DNA of 64,000 nt from Minisyncoccia bacterium (GTDB lineage: Bacteria; Patescibacteriota; Minisyncoccia; Phycocordibacterales; UBA9973). The notes below the pieces were generated by a model. That model saw only the letters and a program-made list of their open reading frames with translations. It was not told where the DNA came from and did no database searches. Made by a program: the position numbers and the translations under genes. This document shows, piece by piece, positions 39,350 through 48,905 of this stretch. Position 1 is the stretch's first letter; each line of letters starts with the position of its first letter. The DNA is taken from the NCBI GenBank assembly GCA_038249055.1, contig JBBRWS010000005.1:1822-65821 (forward strand). The letters are read 5' to 3'.

Positions 39350-39949
39350 TTAAAGAGCGCTTGTTTTTTTTCTTTTACAAATTTTTTCAATCATAGATAT
39401 TCTCTTTTTAAGAATTGGGTGCAAGATTTCATTACGATAAGAATTAATAAAATCTTGAGCAAAAACTTTTTCCCAATTATCTTCATAAAAGAAGGCCTGT
39501 TCAATTGATTGGTATTTGTCTATTTCTTTAGCAAAGATGGAATTTTTGTCTTCTCCTTTTTCAAACCGAAGCCAGAGATTAAACATTTCTTTTCCCTTAA
39601 ATCCAAGCGGCTTTGTAATTTCAAGCATGGCAGCAAATTCACGTTTGAATTTTTCAGCTTTTAGACGTTTCTTTTCTTCAGGGTCATTAGTTACAATAAC
39701 TTCATCCCCGTTAATTTTTTCTGGATAATCATGAACTTCAAGTATATCTAGAATTTCTGAAATATCATTATTTGAAAATTCTGTAAGATAAATTATTAGT
39801 TCACAAACTAATTCTCTACAAGAGGTGGTGTGTTTTTGGACTGATTCAGGGTTTTTGACTCCTCTTCTTACCCAACCCTCTCTATGTATTTCGTCTAGAG
39901 CATTCCAAACATCAGGAACAATTTTTGCGTACTTAAGTTCAGAGTTCAT
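39350..39949 (-). CDS. HD-domain phosphohydrolase (YfbR/HDDC2-like)
   Basis: R.GW..RGV..PESV..H, VHD.PE...GD, AKEIDK. Confidence 0.85.
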   Translation of the reverse strand: MNSELKYAKIVPDVWNALDEIHREGWVRRGVKNPESVQKHTTSCRELVCELIIYLTEFSNNDISEILDILEVHDYPEKINGDEVIVTNDPEEKKRLKAEKFKREFAAMLEITKPLGFKGKEMFNLWLRFEKGEDKNSIFAKEIDKYQSIEQAFFYEDNWEKVFAQDFINSYRNEILHPILKKRISMIEKICKRKKTSAL

Positions 39950-40045
39950 AAAGATAAATTTTAATGATTTTTCTTTAGATTACTTTTTACTAAACAATTT
40001 GTCAATTGAATGTTTTAGTTTATTTTGTCTGTGTTTTAATTGTTA

Positions 40046-41617
40046 TTAATTTATTTCTCTTGGTCTATATTGAAGTGCTTCTAGTATATGTGATGTTAAA
40101 ATATTTTCACTTCCAGATAAATCTGCAATAGTACGAGCAAGTTTTATTGTGCGATGATATGCACGGGCAGAAAGTTGTAAACGCTCCGCACTTTGATTTA
40201 GTATTTTTTTTGTTTCATCAGAAAGAGGAGCATATATATTTAATTCCTTAACATTAATTTCACTATTGGTATTTATTTTTCTTGTAGAACCTTTAAATCT
40301 TTTTGTTTGAATATCTCGGGCATTTTTTACTCTTTCTTTTATTGTTTCTGTTTTATCACCTTCTTGAATATTACTTGAAAGTTTTTCATAATCTACATTT
40401 CCAACTGTGACCCAGATATCAATGCGGTCCATAATGGGACCTGAAAGTTTTCTTTTATATCTATCTAAATCATTGGGTTTACAAATACAATCTTTTTGTT
40501 TACTTCCCTTATTGCCACAAGGGCACGGATTCATAGCTGCAACTAAAATAAAATTTGATGGGAAAATAGCTGAACCCCGAGCACGGGAAATGGAAACAAT
40601 ATTATCTTCAAGGGGTTGGCGTAATGATTCTAAAACTCTTTTTTCAAATTCAGGAAATTCATCAAGAAAAAGAACTCCCTTGTGAGCAAGGGTTACTTCT
40701 CCCGGTTTTGGGTTTGCTCCACCACCAATCATCGATACATAGCTCGCGGTGTGATGAGGGGCACGAAATGGTGATTCGGTTAGAAGCGTGTCTTCTAACA
40801 GCCCCACAATTGAATGTATCCCAGTAACTTCAAGACAGTCCTCTGTATTTAAATCTGGAAGTATATGAGAAAAAACACGAGCCAGCATTGTTTTACCAGT
40901 TCCTGGAGGCCCAGACATTGCAATATTATGACCACCTGCTGCAGCAATTTCTAATCCACGTTTTGCACCTTCTTGACCTTTAATATCAGAAAAATCTATA
41001 TTACTATTTTTTTCCTTCCTTTTAATTTCTGTTTTTGGAAATGGTGATAATTTTGGTTTTTCTTTTTCTAATAAATTTCCATTTCTATCTTTTTTGCAAA
41101 TATAAATATGATCTATTACTTCTTTTAAATTTTTAGCACCATAAATTGTTATCCCTTCTACAAGAGCAGCTTCATTAGCATTTTCATATGGTAAAAATAT
41201 TTCTTTATAACCCAATTTTTTGGCTTCTTGAGTAAGAGGTAATGCTCCTTTTATTGGACGTAATTCACCATTGAGGGATAACTCCCCCAAGAAAATTCTT
41301 CCTTCCGGGTTAAAATTTATATCTTCTGCTGAAAGAAGGTATGCAAGAGCGATAGCTAAATCAAAATAAGGACCTTCTTTTTTAAGGTCGGCAGGAGAAA
41401 GAGAAATAACTATTTTTTGATTCTGATTTTTAGGAGAATTAAACCCAGAATTTTTTAAAGCAGAACTCATTCGGTCTTTTGATTCATCGACAGCTTTATC
41501 TGGTAGACCAACAAGAGTAAAAGAATGCAAAGTTTTTTTGGTAATATCTATTTCAACAGTAACGATTTTGCCTTTTAATAAATTTGTTTGAGCCGAGTAT
41601 ATTCTTGAAAATGACAT
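40046..41617 (-). CDS. comM: ComM/YifB Mg-chelatase-like AAA+ ATPase
   Basis: VGLPD.AV.ES, LSPADLKKEG, GPPGTGKTM, PFRAPHH, LFLDEFPEF, LRQPLE, AMNPCPCG; ATG 41617 preferred. Confidence 0.93.
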   Translation of the reverse strand: MSFSRIYSAQTNLLKGKIVTVEIDITKKTLHSFTLVGLPDKAVDESKDRMSSALKNSGFNSPKNQNQKIVISLSPADLKKEGPYFDLAIALAYLLSAEDINFNPEGRIFLGELSLNGELRPIKGALPLTQEAKKLGYKEIFLPYENANEAALVEGITIYGAKNLKEVIDHIYICKKDRNGNLLEKEKPKLSPFPKTEIKRKEKNSNIDFSDIKGQEGAKRGLEIAAAGGHNIAMSGPPGTGKTMLARVFSHILPDLNTEDCLEVTGIHSIVGLLEDTLLTESPFRAPHHTASYVSMIGGGANPKPGEVTLAHKGVLFLDEFPEFEKRVLESLRQPLEDNIVSISRARGSAIFPSNFILVAAMNPCPCGNKGSKQKDCICKPNDLDRYKRKLSGPIMDRIDIWVTVGNVDYEKLSSNIQEGDKTETIKERVKNARDIQTKRFKGSTRKINTNSEINVKELNIYAPLSDETKKILNQSAERLQLSARAYHRTIKLARTIADLSGSENILTSHILEALQYRPREIN

Positions 41618-41665
41618 GTAAATATAAAAACCCAAAATAATAAATACTTTGGGTTTTTAATAAAG

Positions 41666-42028
41666 TTAAATAATTTTATCCATACACTCTTTACAAGTTT
41701 TTGAAGCTGGGTTTACTTCTAAACGATCTTCTTCAATTTCTTTTTTACAATTTTCACAAATTCCAAAATTTTCTCCGCTAATCTTTCCTAGAGCTTTGTT
41801 TATATCTTCAAGTCTTGTTTCAAGAGAATTTAATTTAAGAGAACGTTCCTCGTAATCTTCGGCCCGCTCTGCCATGTCAGCCTCATCTTGTACTTCCTGA
41901 GTACTCATATCAGCTTCTGGGGTTGCTTCCCAATCACCAGTTTTATCTACCTTGCCAAGAGAGCTTAGCTCATCTTCTAGTAATTTCTTTTCTTCTTCTA
42001 ATTTTGTTTTGTAATTATTTGCATTCAT
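41666..42028 (-). CDS. DksA/TraR C4 zinc-finger protein
   Basis: Coiled coil with DEAD.A tip; FGICENC...RLE..P....CKEC. Confidence 0.9.
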   Translation of the reverse strand: MNANNYKTKLEEEKKLLEDELSSLGKVDKTGDWEATPEADMSTQEVQDEADMAERAEDYEERSLKLNSLETRLEDINKALGKISGENFGICENCKKEIEEDRLEVNPASKTCKECMDKII

Positions 42029-42171
42029 TCTGTAGTGAAAAATGGATTATAGATTTCCCATTTTTTATTAATATTAATAGACTTTAAATTTATTCCTAAA
42101 ATTTTTAATCCCATTTTTTACTAAAGGATTAACATTTATATATTAACAATTTATAAAATAAATAACAATAA

Positions 42172-43077
42172 TTACAATACTGGAGCATTTTTTGTAATCA
42201 GTCTTGTAATTATTTCTCTTAATGTTTCTATGTTGTTAGTAATTACGAAATTATTTTTATTAACAAAAGTATAATAAAGTATTCCTTCCCCGCTCTCTCC
42301 ATATAGGACACGAGCATCTTTGTTGTTTACTATAATATCCTTCCATTCTTTTTCAAATAACTCAGAGTTTGATTCTGGTATATTAATATTAAAAAGAATA
42401 TATAAATCACTTAACATATTTTTTTCCCAATCGAGCATAGACGCATAAGCAAGACTGTAGTCAGTAGTTTGAAAAATTAAAAATATAGTTGACTCACTAT
42501 TTAAAGCGCCAACATTCATATTTGAATATTTACCAACAAGATATTTATCTGATAGCGACCTTGTTAGTGCCCCAGGAGCACGGGCCCCAATTAATGAAAG
42601 AAAATTATTAGACGTTATTATTTCTGATAAGCCGTTTATTTTTTTTATAGGGAATAATGCTTTTACTAAACCAGGCCCAGCTAAAGATGATTGTTTGATT
42701 GTGTTTGAAATCTCACTAATATTTTTTGAATTAGTTATATCTATATTTTCATGAGAATCATAAGCAATGAAAGTATCGATGTCTTTTGTAATGCTTACTG
42801 GGGTTTCCTCGGCCTTCTTTTTTTGAATTAAAAAATAAGAACCAAATAGAGCTGCTGCGATTAAAATAACTCCTCCTATTATTAGGAAAATTTTTGAAGT
42901 GTTTGTTCCCTCTGCCTCTTTGTAGATTTCTTCTCGTTCTCTTTTATCTTTTTCAGCGAGGGCAATTTTAATAACAGATACTTCATTGGTTCTGATTACA
43001 TCTGCCATATCTGAAGTATAGGTTCTTAGGGTTTTTATATCTTTTTCGCTATTTAGTTGTGTTTTATTTTCTTCCAT
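42172..43077 (-). CDS. Single-TM hypothetical protein
   Basis: LRTY.SD N-terminal motif, one TM, ML.WE motif. Confidence 0.8.
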   Translation of the reverse strand: MEENKTQLNSEKDIKTLRTYTSDMADVIRTNEVSVIKIALAEKDKREREEIYKEAEGTNTSKIFLIIGGVILIAAALFGSYFLIQKKKAEETPVSITKDIDTFIAYDSHENIDITNSKNISEISNTIKQSSLAGPGLVKALFPIKKINGLSEIITSNNFLSLIGARAPGALTRSLSDKYLVGKYSNMNVGALNSESTIFLIFQTTDYSLAYASMLDWEKNMLSDLYILFNINIPESNSELFEKEWKDIIVNNKDARVLYGESGEGILYYTFVNKNNFVITNNIETLREIITRLITKNAPVL

Positions 43078-43263
43078 ATTGTAGTAAAAATGAAATTATC
43101 TCTTTATCATTTTAATTATTTTTTTAACAATAATTTACTTTATTTGTTAAAACAAAACTTACATCCCTATTCTAACATAATTGTAATTGTTTTTTATTTT
43201 TAAATTTAATTTTTATTAATTTAAATTACTTTATAAGCAGTTTAAATTGATAAAATAATTAAT

Positions 43264-45402
43264 TTATATTTTTAGTGGTTCTTCTTTTTTAAAGAAGTTT
43301 GCGTTTGCTTCCTTTATAGATAAATTTAGGCGTCCTCTTTCATCCACCTTTATAACTTTTACTGGAACAATTGCTCCTTCTTTAAGGATGTCAGTAACTT
43401 TTTCTACGCGAAATGGTGCAATTTCAGAAATATGAACTAGTCCTTCTGTGTCATGTCCTATTTTTACAAAAGCTCCAAAATCCATAATTTTTACAACTTC
43501 ACCTTCTGCTGTGTCACCAATTTTATATTCATGAGTCATGCTTTCAATGATAGCTACGGCTTTTTCTGCTCCACCATTTTTACCTGTTACAAAAACAGTT
43601 CCATCTTCTTCTATTGTTATTTCTGTTCCTGTTTGTTCACGAATAGCATTTATATTTTTTCCACCTGGTCCGATAACCATTCCTATTTGATCTTTTTTAA
43701 TTTTAACAGTCAAAATCATTGGAGCATTTGGAGAAATATTTGCACGTGGTGTTGAAATTTCAGCTGTGATTGCTTCAAGAATTTTTAGACGTGCTACTTT
43801 TGCACGACCTAGAGCCTCCTTTAGTATAGATAGTTTAACGCCATCAACTTTAACATCTAGCTGAATAGCAGTGATTCCATTTTTAGTTCCGGCAACTTTA
43901 AAGTCCATATCACCATAATGGTCTTCTGGTCCTTGAATGTCCGATAGAAGCACATATTTATTTGTGTCCTTTTCATCTGACATTAGTCCGATAGAAATTC
44001 CAGCCACAGGAGTTTTGATTGGCACACCACCATCCATAAGAGCAATAGTTGCTGCACAAATAGAAGCTTGAGAGGTAGAACCATTTGATGCAGTTGATTC
44101 TGATACTACGCGAATAGTATAAGGGAATAAACTTTTTTCTGGAATAACAGGAGTGAGTGCTTTCTCAGCTAAAAATCCATGACCCATTTCTCTTCTGTTT
44201 ATTCCACCAACACGACCTGTTTCACCGCCAGAGTATGGAGGGAAATTGTAGTGATGCATGAAACGTTTCTTTGATTCCGACTCCATTCCTTGAACAGCCA
44301 ACATATCTTCTGGTCCTCCTAGTGCAAGAACTGAAAGAACATGAGTTTCACCTCTGTAGAAAATTCCAGAACCGTGTAACACATCGGAGATACCTCCAGC
44401 CTTAGCATAAAGAGATCTAATTTCATCTACAGCTCTTCCATCTGCACGAATTCCTTGAAGCAAAGCCATCTTGTGAAACGCACCGTCTAAGTAATGATGT
44501 AGATAATCTTCGGCAACAGCTTTTTCTTTACTATCTTCATCGTCTTTGTATTTTTCATCTAATATTTCATTCCAAAGAGTTTCAGCTTCGCTTGTAACCT
44601 TTTTACTTTCTTTTGAAAAAAGTTTTTCTTCAAGCATTGGTCTTATTTTTGCATCAAAAATAGATACGATGTCCGTGTCCATTTGAGTTTTTGGAAATAG
44701 TAGTTTTTCTTTACCAAGTTCAGTTGATAATGTCTTTTGGAAGTCTTCCCATTTTGAAATTTCAATTGATGCTAAATCAAAACATTGACCCATTTCTTCA
44801 TCAGACAATTCAAAGGCCATAGCCTCAATCATGTTGATTGTTTTGTCTTTTCCACAAACAAGTAAATCTAGTTCATAAACCGCCTCGTCCGCGTTTGGAA
44901 TATAATTGTTAACTTTTATTGTTTGGTCTTCTTTTGTTTTACTTATTTGAATAGCACCAATTGGTCCATTCCAAGGAATATCTGATGTATGAAGTGCAAT
45001 TGAAACCGCATTTATTCCTAAAGTTTTTGGGTCTGTATTCCCAACTGCAATAACAGTGACAATAACTTGTACAGCATTTTTTATATGCTGATCGAAAAGA
45101 GGTCGGATTGTGCGGTCTATCATACGAGCAGCCAATATAGATTGGTCACTTGGACGGCCCTCTCTCTTATTGTATTGACCTCCTAGTATTTTACCGGCAG
45201 CATAAAACTTTTCTAAATACTCAACAGTTAGATTGAAGTAGCCCATGTTTTTACTTCCATCTTTTGAAATCACAGCTGTTGCCATAACTACTGTTCCCTC
45301 ACTTTTTAAAATTACAGAGCCATTTGCCTGGTTTGCTAAATCTGAAAAAATTGCGGTAATAGTTTTTCCGCCTATTTCTACTTCGTATTCTTTACTTTGC
45401 AT
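43264..45402 (-). CDS. pnp: Polyribonucleotide nucleotidyltransferase
   Basis: RMIDRTIRPLF, HYNFPPYS, SNGSTS, GDMDFKVAG, KH and S1 domains. Confidence 0.99.
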   Translation of the reverse strand: MQSKEYEVEIGGKTITAIFSDLANQANGSVILKSEGTVVMATAVISKDGSKNMGYFNLTVEYLEKFYAAGKILGGQYNKREGRPSDQSILAARMIDRTIRPLFDQHIKNAVQVIVTVIAVGNTDPKTLGINAVSIALHTSDIPWNGPIGAIQISKTKEDQTIKVNNYIPNADEAVYELDLLVCGKDKTINMIEAMAFELSDEEMGQCFDLASIEISKWEDFQKTLSTELGKEKLLFPKTQMDTDIVSIFDAKIRPMLEEKLFSKESKKVTSEAETLWNEILDEKYKDDEDSKEKAVAEDYLHHYLDGAFHKMALLQGIRADGRAVDEIRSLYAKAGGISDVLHGSGIFYRGETHVLSVLALGGPEDMLAVQGMESESKKRFMHHYNFPPYSGGETGRVGGINRREMGHGFLAEKALTPVIPEKSLFPYTIRVVSESTASNGSTSQASICAATIALMDGGVPIKTPVAGISIGLMSDEKDTNKYVLLSDIQGPEDHYGDMDFKVAGTKNGITAIQLDVKVDGVKLSILKEALGRAKVARLKILEAITAEISTPRANISPNAPMILTVKIKKDQIGMVIGPGGKNINAIREQTGTEITIEEDGTVFVTGKNGGAEKAVAIIESMTHEYKIGDTAEGEVVKIMDFGAFVKIGHDTEGLVHISEIAPFRVEKVTDILKEGAIVPVKVIKVDERGRLNLSIKEANANFFKKEEPLKI

Positions 45403-45548
45403 ATATTGATGTCTAGTCTCCAGACTCTAGTTTTGAAACTCATATTTATGGCTTCAACTCTAATTGTCCGGAGATTAGAAATTAAACTATTAATACCTAG
45501 AGCATAGCAAAAATCCCTCCTTTTTCAAAGAGAGATTTAATAGGTAGT

Positions 45549-45740
45549 TTATTTATCTTTTTCGTTTCGCCCAATAGAATAAGCAATCAGTGCTATTCCA
45601 AAAATAAGACATATCCAAGAATAATTATCTTGAGCATGAAATTCTGGCATATTTATTTCCATCTTTCTGTATGAAAATAAAGTTATTATAGAACCAATAC
45701 TTACAATAATTCCGATAATTAAGGAAGATTTTTCTTTCAT
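45549..45740 (-). CDS. Small two-TM membrane protein
   Basis: 63 aa with two hydrophobic segments. Confidence 0.65.
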   Translation of the reverse strand: MKEKSSLIIGIIVSIGSIITLFSYRKMEINMPEFHAQDNYSWICLIFGIALIAYSIGRNEKDK

Positions 45741-45840
45741 GATTGTTTTACTTTTTGTTTTTTTGAGTATGATATTTATTTAATAAATTGTCAAATAAAA
45801 AACCTAGAGAATAATCTAGGTTTTTTATTAAATTTATTTT

Positions 45841-46347
45841 TTAGTATATTAAATACTTTCTGTAGTTGTTCGATAAATCTAAGAAATCATCTGCTTGTTC
45901 TTTTAGTTTCATAGATGCACTTTTTCCAAAAGATACTACTTCTACTTGAACTCCAGATGTACTTTGCAAATATTCTACTAGTGGTACGAAATCTCCATCT
46001 CCTGCGACTAAAATAACCGCATCAAGTTTTGGGGCCATCTTCATTGCATCAACTGCAAGTCCAACATCCCAATCCCCCTTTTTGGCTCCACCAGCAAAGA
46101 TTTGTAAATCTTTTGTCCTTGTTTCTATTCCAAGTTTTGTTAATGCTTCAAAAAAATTTTTCTCTTCACCTCCTTCACTTGTAATAACATAAGCAATTGC
46201 ACGAACGAGTTTACGTCCAGCAACTGCATCTTTTAAAACTGCTCCAAAGTTTACTTTTCTTTTATATAAATTTTTAGCAGAGTGATATAGATTTGATGTA
46301 TCTATAAAAACTCCCACTCTTTGTTCTTTGTGTTTGATTACACTCAT
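45841..46347 (-). CDS. NYN/LabA (DUF88) domain protein
   Basis: VFIDTSNLY, KGDWDVGLAVD, GDGDFVPL; true start likely ATG 46347 (extra N-terminus in track comes from inserted element). Confidence 0.93.
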   Translation of the reverse strand: MSVIKHKEQRVGVFIDTSNLYHSAKNLYKRKVNFGAVLKDAVAGRKLVRAIAYVITSEGGEEKNFFEALTKLGIETRTKDLQIFAGGAKKGDWDVGLAVDAMKMAPKLDAVILVAGDGDFVPLVEYLQSTSGVQVEVVSFGKSASMKLKEQADDFLDLSNNYRKYLIY

Positions 46348-46462
46348 CCCGTTAGAAGCAGGTCGTGGTCTTTTAAAACTCACATACCTACCTAATTAAA
46401 TTGTTATATTATATGAACCCGCCATATTTTCTATAGATGCCATGACCACGGCTTCTAACGGG
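46348..46462 (-). mobile_element. CCCGTTAG-family miniature element with perfect 6-bp direct flanks
   Basis: Minus strand: ATGAGT-CCCGTTAGAAGC...GCTTCTAACGGG-ATGAGT, perfect 12-bp inverted ends. Confidence 0.82.
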
Positions 46463-46576
46463 ACTCATATTTTTTATTCTTTGTATTAAAAATTAATCAT
46501 CGACCATTGTTAGGTTAACAATATTGTTATTATATAACAAAAGACCCTCCCGAGTAAGTCTCAGAAGGGAATTTTG

Positions 46577-46837
46577 TTATGATTTTAATTTTTTAGTTTC
46601 AGTTGCAAATCTTTCTTTATCTGTCTTTTCTAGGTATTTTAAATGATTTCTGCGATCAGCAACCATTTTAATAAGTCCACGGCGTGAGTGATTGTCTTTC
46701 TTGTGTTCTTTTAAGTGACCTGCAAGTTCGTCGATTCTTTTGCTTAAAATAGCAATCTGCACTTCTGGACTACCTGTATCTGTAGCGTGCAATTGACTCT
46801 TTTTTATAATATTTTGCTTTTTCTTTGTTGTTAACAT
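46577..46837 (-). CDS. rpsO: 30S ribosomal protein S15
   Basis: [23 protein letters not shown]. Confidence 0.99.
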   Translation of the reverse strand: MLTTKKKQNIIKKSQLHATDTGSPEVQIAILSKRIDELAGHLKEHKKDNHSRRGLIKMVADRRNHLKYLEKTDKERFATETKKLKS

Positions 46838-46950
46838 TGTGCGTGTATATTAGCATAAATTATTAAATAATGCAAGAGCTCCCCCGTAGGCCTATTTTTA
46901 GGGTCTTTTTTCCTGTTTTTAAAAATTTTATAAAAATATAGTTATCCACA

Positions 46951-46988
46951 TACTTTACTTGACTAAAGTACTTTACTAAGATAAAGTA
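46951..46988 (+). promoter_or_regulatory. Tandem 20-bp palindromic operators overlapping yerC promoter
   Basis: TACTTTA-cttgac-TAAAGTA and TACTTTA-ctaaga-TAAAGTA; perfect DnaA box at 46942-46950 adjacent. Confidence 0.75.
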
Positions 46989-46994
46989 TAGAGT

Positions 46995-47315
46995 ATGAAA
47001 GAATTAAATTGGGACACAAAAGAAAATCGACAACTGATAGATGCTTTACTTTCTATTAAAAATAAAGACGAAGCAAGTCGATTTTTACGCGATCTCATGA
47101 CTCAAGGTGAAATTGAAGAATTTTCAAATAGACTAGAAGCTGCTCGCCTACTTATGAATAATACCCAGTACGCTGCAATTATAGAAAGGACAGGTCTTTC
47201 TTCTACAACAATTGCTAGAATCTCAAAATGGCTAAAAGGTCCACTTGGTGGATATCGTTTGATTTTAAATAAACTACATCATCCTATCTCAAAAACTGAG
47301 AAAGGGTTGTCTTGA
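46995..47315 (+). CDS. TrpR-like YerC/YecD family repressor
   Basis: FLRDL.T..EI.E...RL..A..L.....Y..I...TG.SSTTI.R...WL..G.GGY. Confidence 0.92.
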   Translation: MKELNWDTKENRQLIDALLSIKNKDEASRFLRDLMTQGEIEEFSNRLEAARLLMNNTQYAAIIERTGLSSTTIARISKWLKGPLGGYRLILNKLHHPISKTEKGLS

Positions 47316-47380
47316 TGTGTGTAATTAATTTTTTATATAAAGCCAACCCCTTCTCAATTTTTGAGGAGGGGTTTTATTTA
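47277..47380 (+). promoter_or_regulatory. Putative transcription attenuator (His-His, antiterminator, terminator)
   Basis: CATCAT 47277-47282; 47297-47312 pairs 14/16 with 47341-47356, which alternatively forms terminator with 47360-47373 + U tract. Confidence 0.65.
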
Positions 47381-47399
47381 TTATTCTTATATAAAAATT

Positions 47400-47936
47400 A
47401 TGAAAACAAATCAAAAAATTCAAATAGGTGTTATGGGCTCAGCTAGCGACCTTGGTTATTCTGAAAAGATTGCCATTCTTGCGGAGGAAGTAGGTTTTTG
47501 TGTAGCTCAAAAAGGAGCAGCTCTTATTTTTGGAGCTGAGAAAGATTGTGACTCTCTATCTACCTCTGCTTGTCGTGGAGCTAAAAAAGCAGGTGGTCTA
47601 ACTGTCGGTGTTACTTATGGAAAAGGAAAAGATGTATATGAGAAGGAAACAGCAGATATTATTATATCAAGTGGACTTGAGAGAGGTGGTGGCAGAGAGC
47701 TGACATTAGTGCTTAGTTGTGATGGCATTATCACAATTGGAGGAGGTTCAGGAACTCTTACGGAGATGGCAATTGCATATCAGGCTAACATTCCAATTGT
47801 CGCAATTGAAGATACTGGAGGGTGGAGTGATAAGTTGGCAGGAGAGTATATAGACGAAAGAAAGAGGTTTAAGGTCGAAAAAGCCAAGACGCCAAAAGAA
47901 GCCGTTGATTTATTATTAGAATTAATCAACGAATAA
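47400..47936 (+). CDS. TIGR00725 / LOG-family nucleotide-binding protein
   Basis: IGVMG, ACRGAK.AGG.TVG, IGGGSGTLTE.A.AY. Confidence 0.88.
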   Translation: MKTNQKIQIGVMGSASDLGYSEKIAILAEEVGFCVAQKGAALIFGAEKDCDSLSTSACRGAKKAGGLTVGVTYGKGKDVYEKETADIIISSGLERGGGRELTLVLSCDGIITIGGGSGTLTEMAIAYQANIPIVAIEDTGGWSDKLAGEYIDERKRFKVEKAKTPKEAVDLLLELINE

Positions 47937-47938
47937 TT

Positions 47939-48624
47939 ATGAAAAATATTTCTAACATAGATAAAAATAAGCCGACAATATTTTTAGATCTAGATGGAAC
48001 TTTATATCTTTTTAAAAGTGGCAGTTTTTCTAAATCAAATCTAAAAAAATAGTTATCAAAAATGCAAAACTTTTTATAATGAATAAATTAAAAGTAAATT
48101 CTGCTGAATCAAATAAAGTATTAATAAATATAAATAATTTATATGGAGAAAATATTAGTACTGGATTGGAGGAGTTATATCAAATACCTAAAAAAACATA
48201 TTTTGATAATGTTTGGAATATTAAAGCAAAAAATATCATTAAATATGATAAGAGACTGAATAATTTAGTAACAAAACTAAAAATTAAATTTAATGTTTTG
48301 GTTGTTTCTGATGCACCTATAGTTTGGATTATAAATGCTCTTAAGGAAATGAAGATATATTCATTATTAAAAAATAACATAATTTCAGGTGAAGGAAAAT
48401 ATCGTAAAGGTCTGGGTAATCAGTTTGCAAGAATATTAAAAATTTATAATTTAAAACCAGATAAATGTATTGCTGTAGGAGATCAAGAAAAAAGTGATAT
48501 TATACCAGCTTATAATTTGGGGATAAGAACAATATTTGTGAGTAAGGTACAAAGTGAATATGCAGATTATACTACTTTAAATATCAATAATATTTATAAA
48601 ATAATTACAAAACTAAATATATGA
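47939..48624 (+). pseudogene. HAD-family hydrolase split by a frameshift in an A7 run
   Basis: Motif I FLDLDGT in 47939..48052; one extra A at 48043-48049 joins it to 48079..48624 with VGD...D motif IV. Confidence 0.8.
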
Positions 48625-48695
48625 AAAAAATTAACTACAAAAATAACATCAAACACCATATAAACCTTTTCTTAGAAGAGGCTTGTTGTAGATAG
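48621..48695 (+). CDS. Putative His-His leader peptide (24 aa)
   Basis: MKKINYKNNIKHHINLFLEEACCR; ATGA overlap with HAD stop; followed by alternative hairpins. Confidence 0.5.
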   Translation: MKKINYKNNIKHHINLFLEEACCR

Positions 48696-48744
48696 AATTA
48701 ATTTTCTCTACAGAATACCTCTTCTCGGAAGAGGTATTTCTTTT
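48665..48744 (+). promoter_or_regulatory. Putative attenuator (1:2, 2:3, 3:4 hairpins)
   Basis: CCTTTTCT / AGAAGAGG / CCTCTTCT / GAAGAGGTATTTCTTTT mutually exclusive pairings. Confidence 0.6.
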
Positions 48745-48905
48745 GAAGAAGAGTAGTTAGTTCTTTAACAATTAAATAAATATTATTTTGATGAATTAAT
48801 TTAATTAAAATAAAGATATTTTTTCAACAGACATTTATCTACTCTTACTAAGAGATTAAAGTAGATTCAGTTGTTATAATTTTTTAACCAATTAATAACT
48901 TTAAA

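Noticed and set aside
46348-46383. N-terminal extension MSFKRPRPASNG of the NYN protein
   Set aside because: Derived from the inserted element's end; the real start is 46347
48838-48865. Possible second YerC operator (TACTCTTACTAAGAGATTAAAGTA)
   Set aside because: Half-site spacing differs from the 20-bp palindromes; may just be a hairpin
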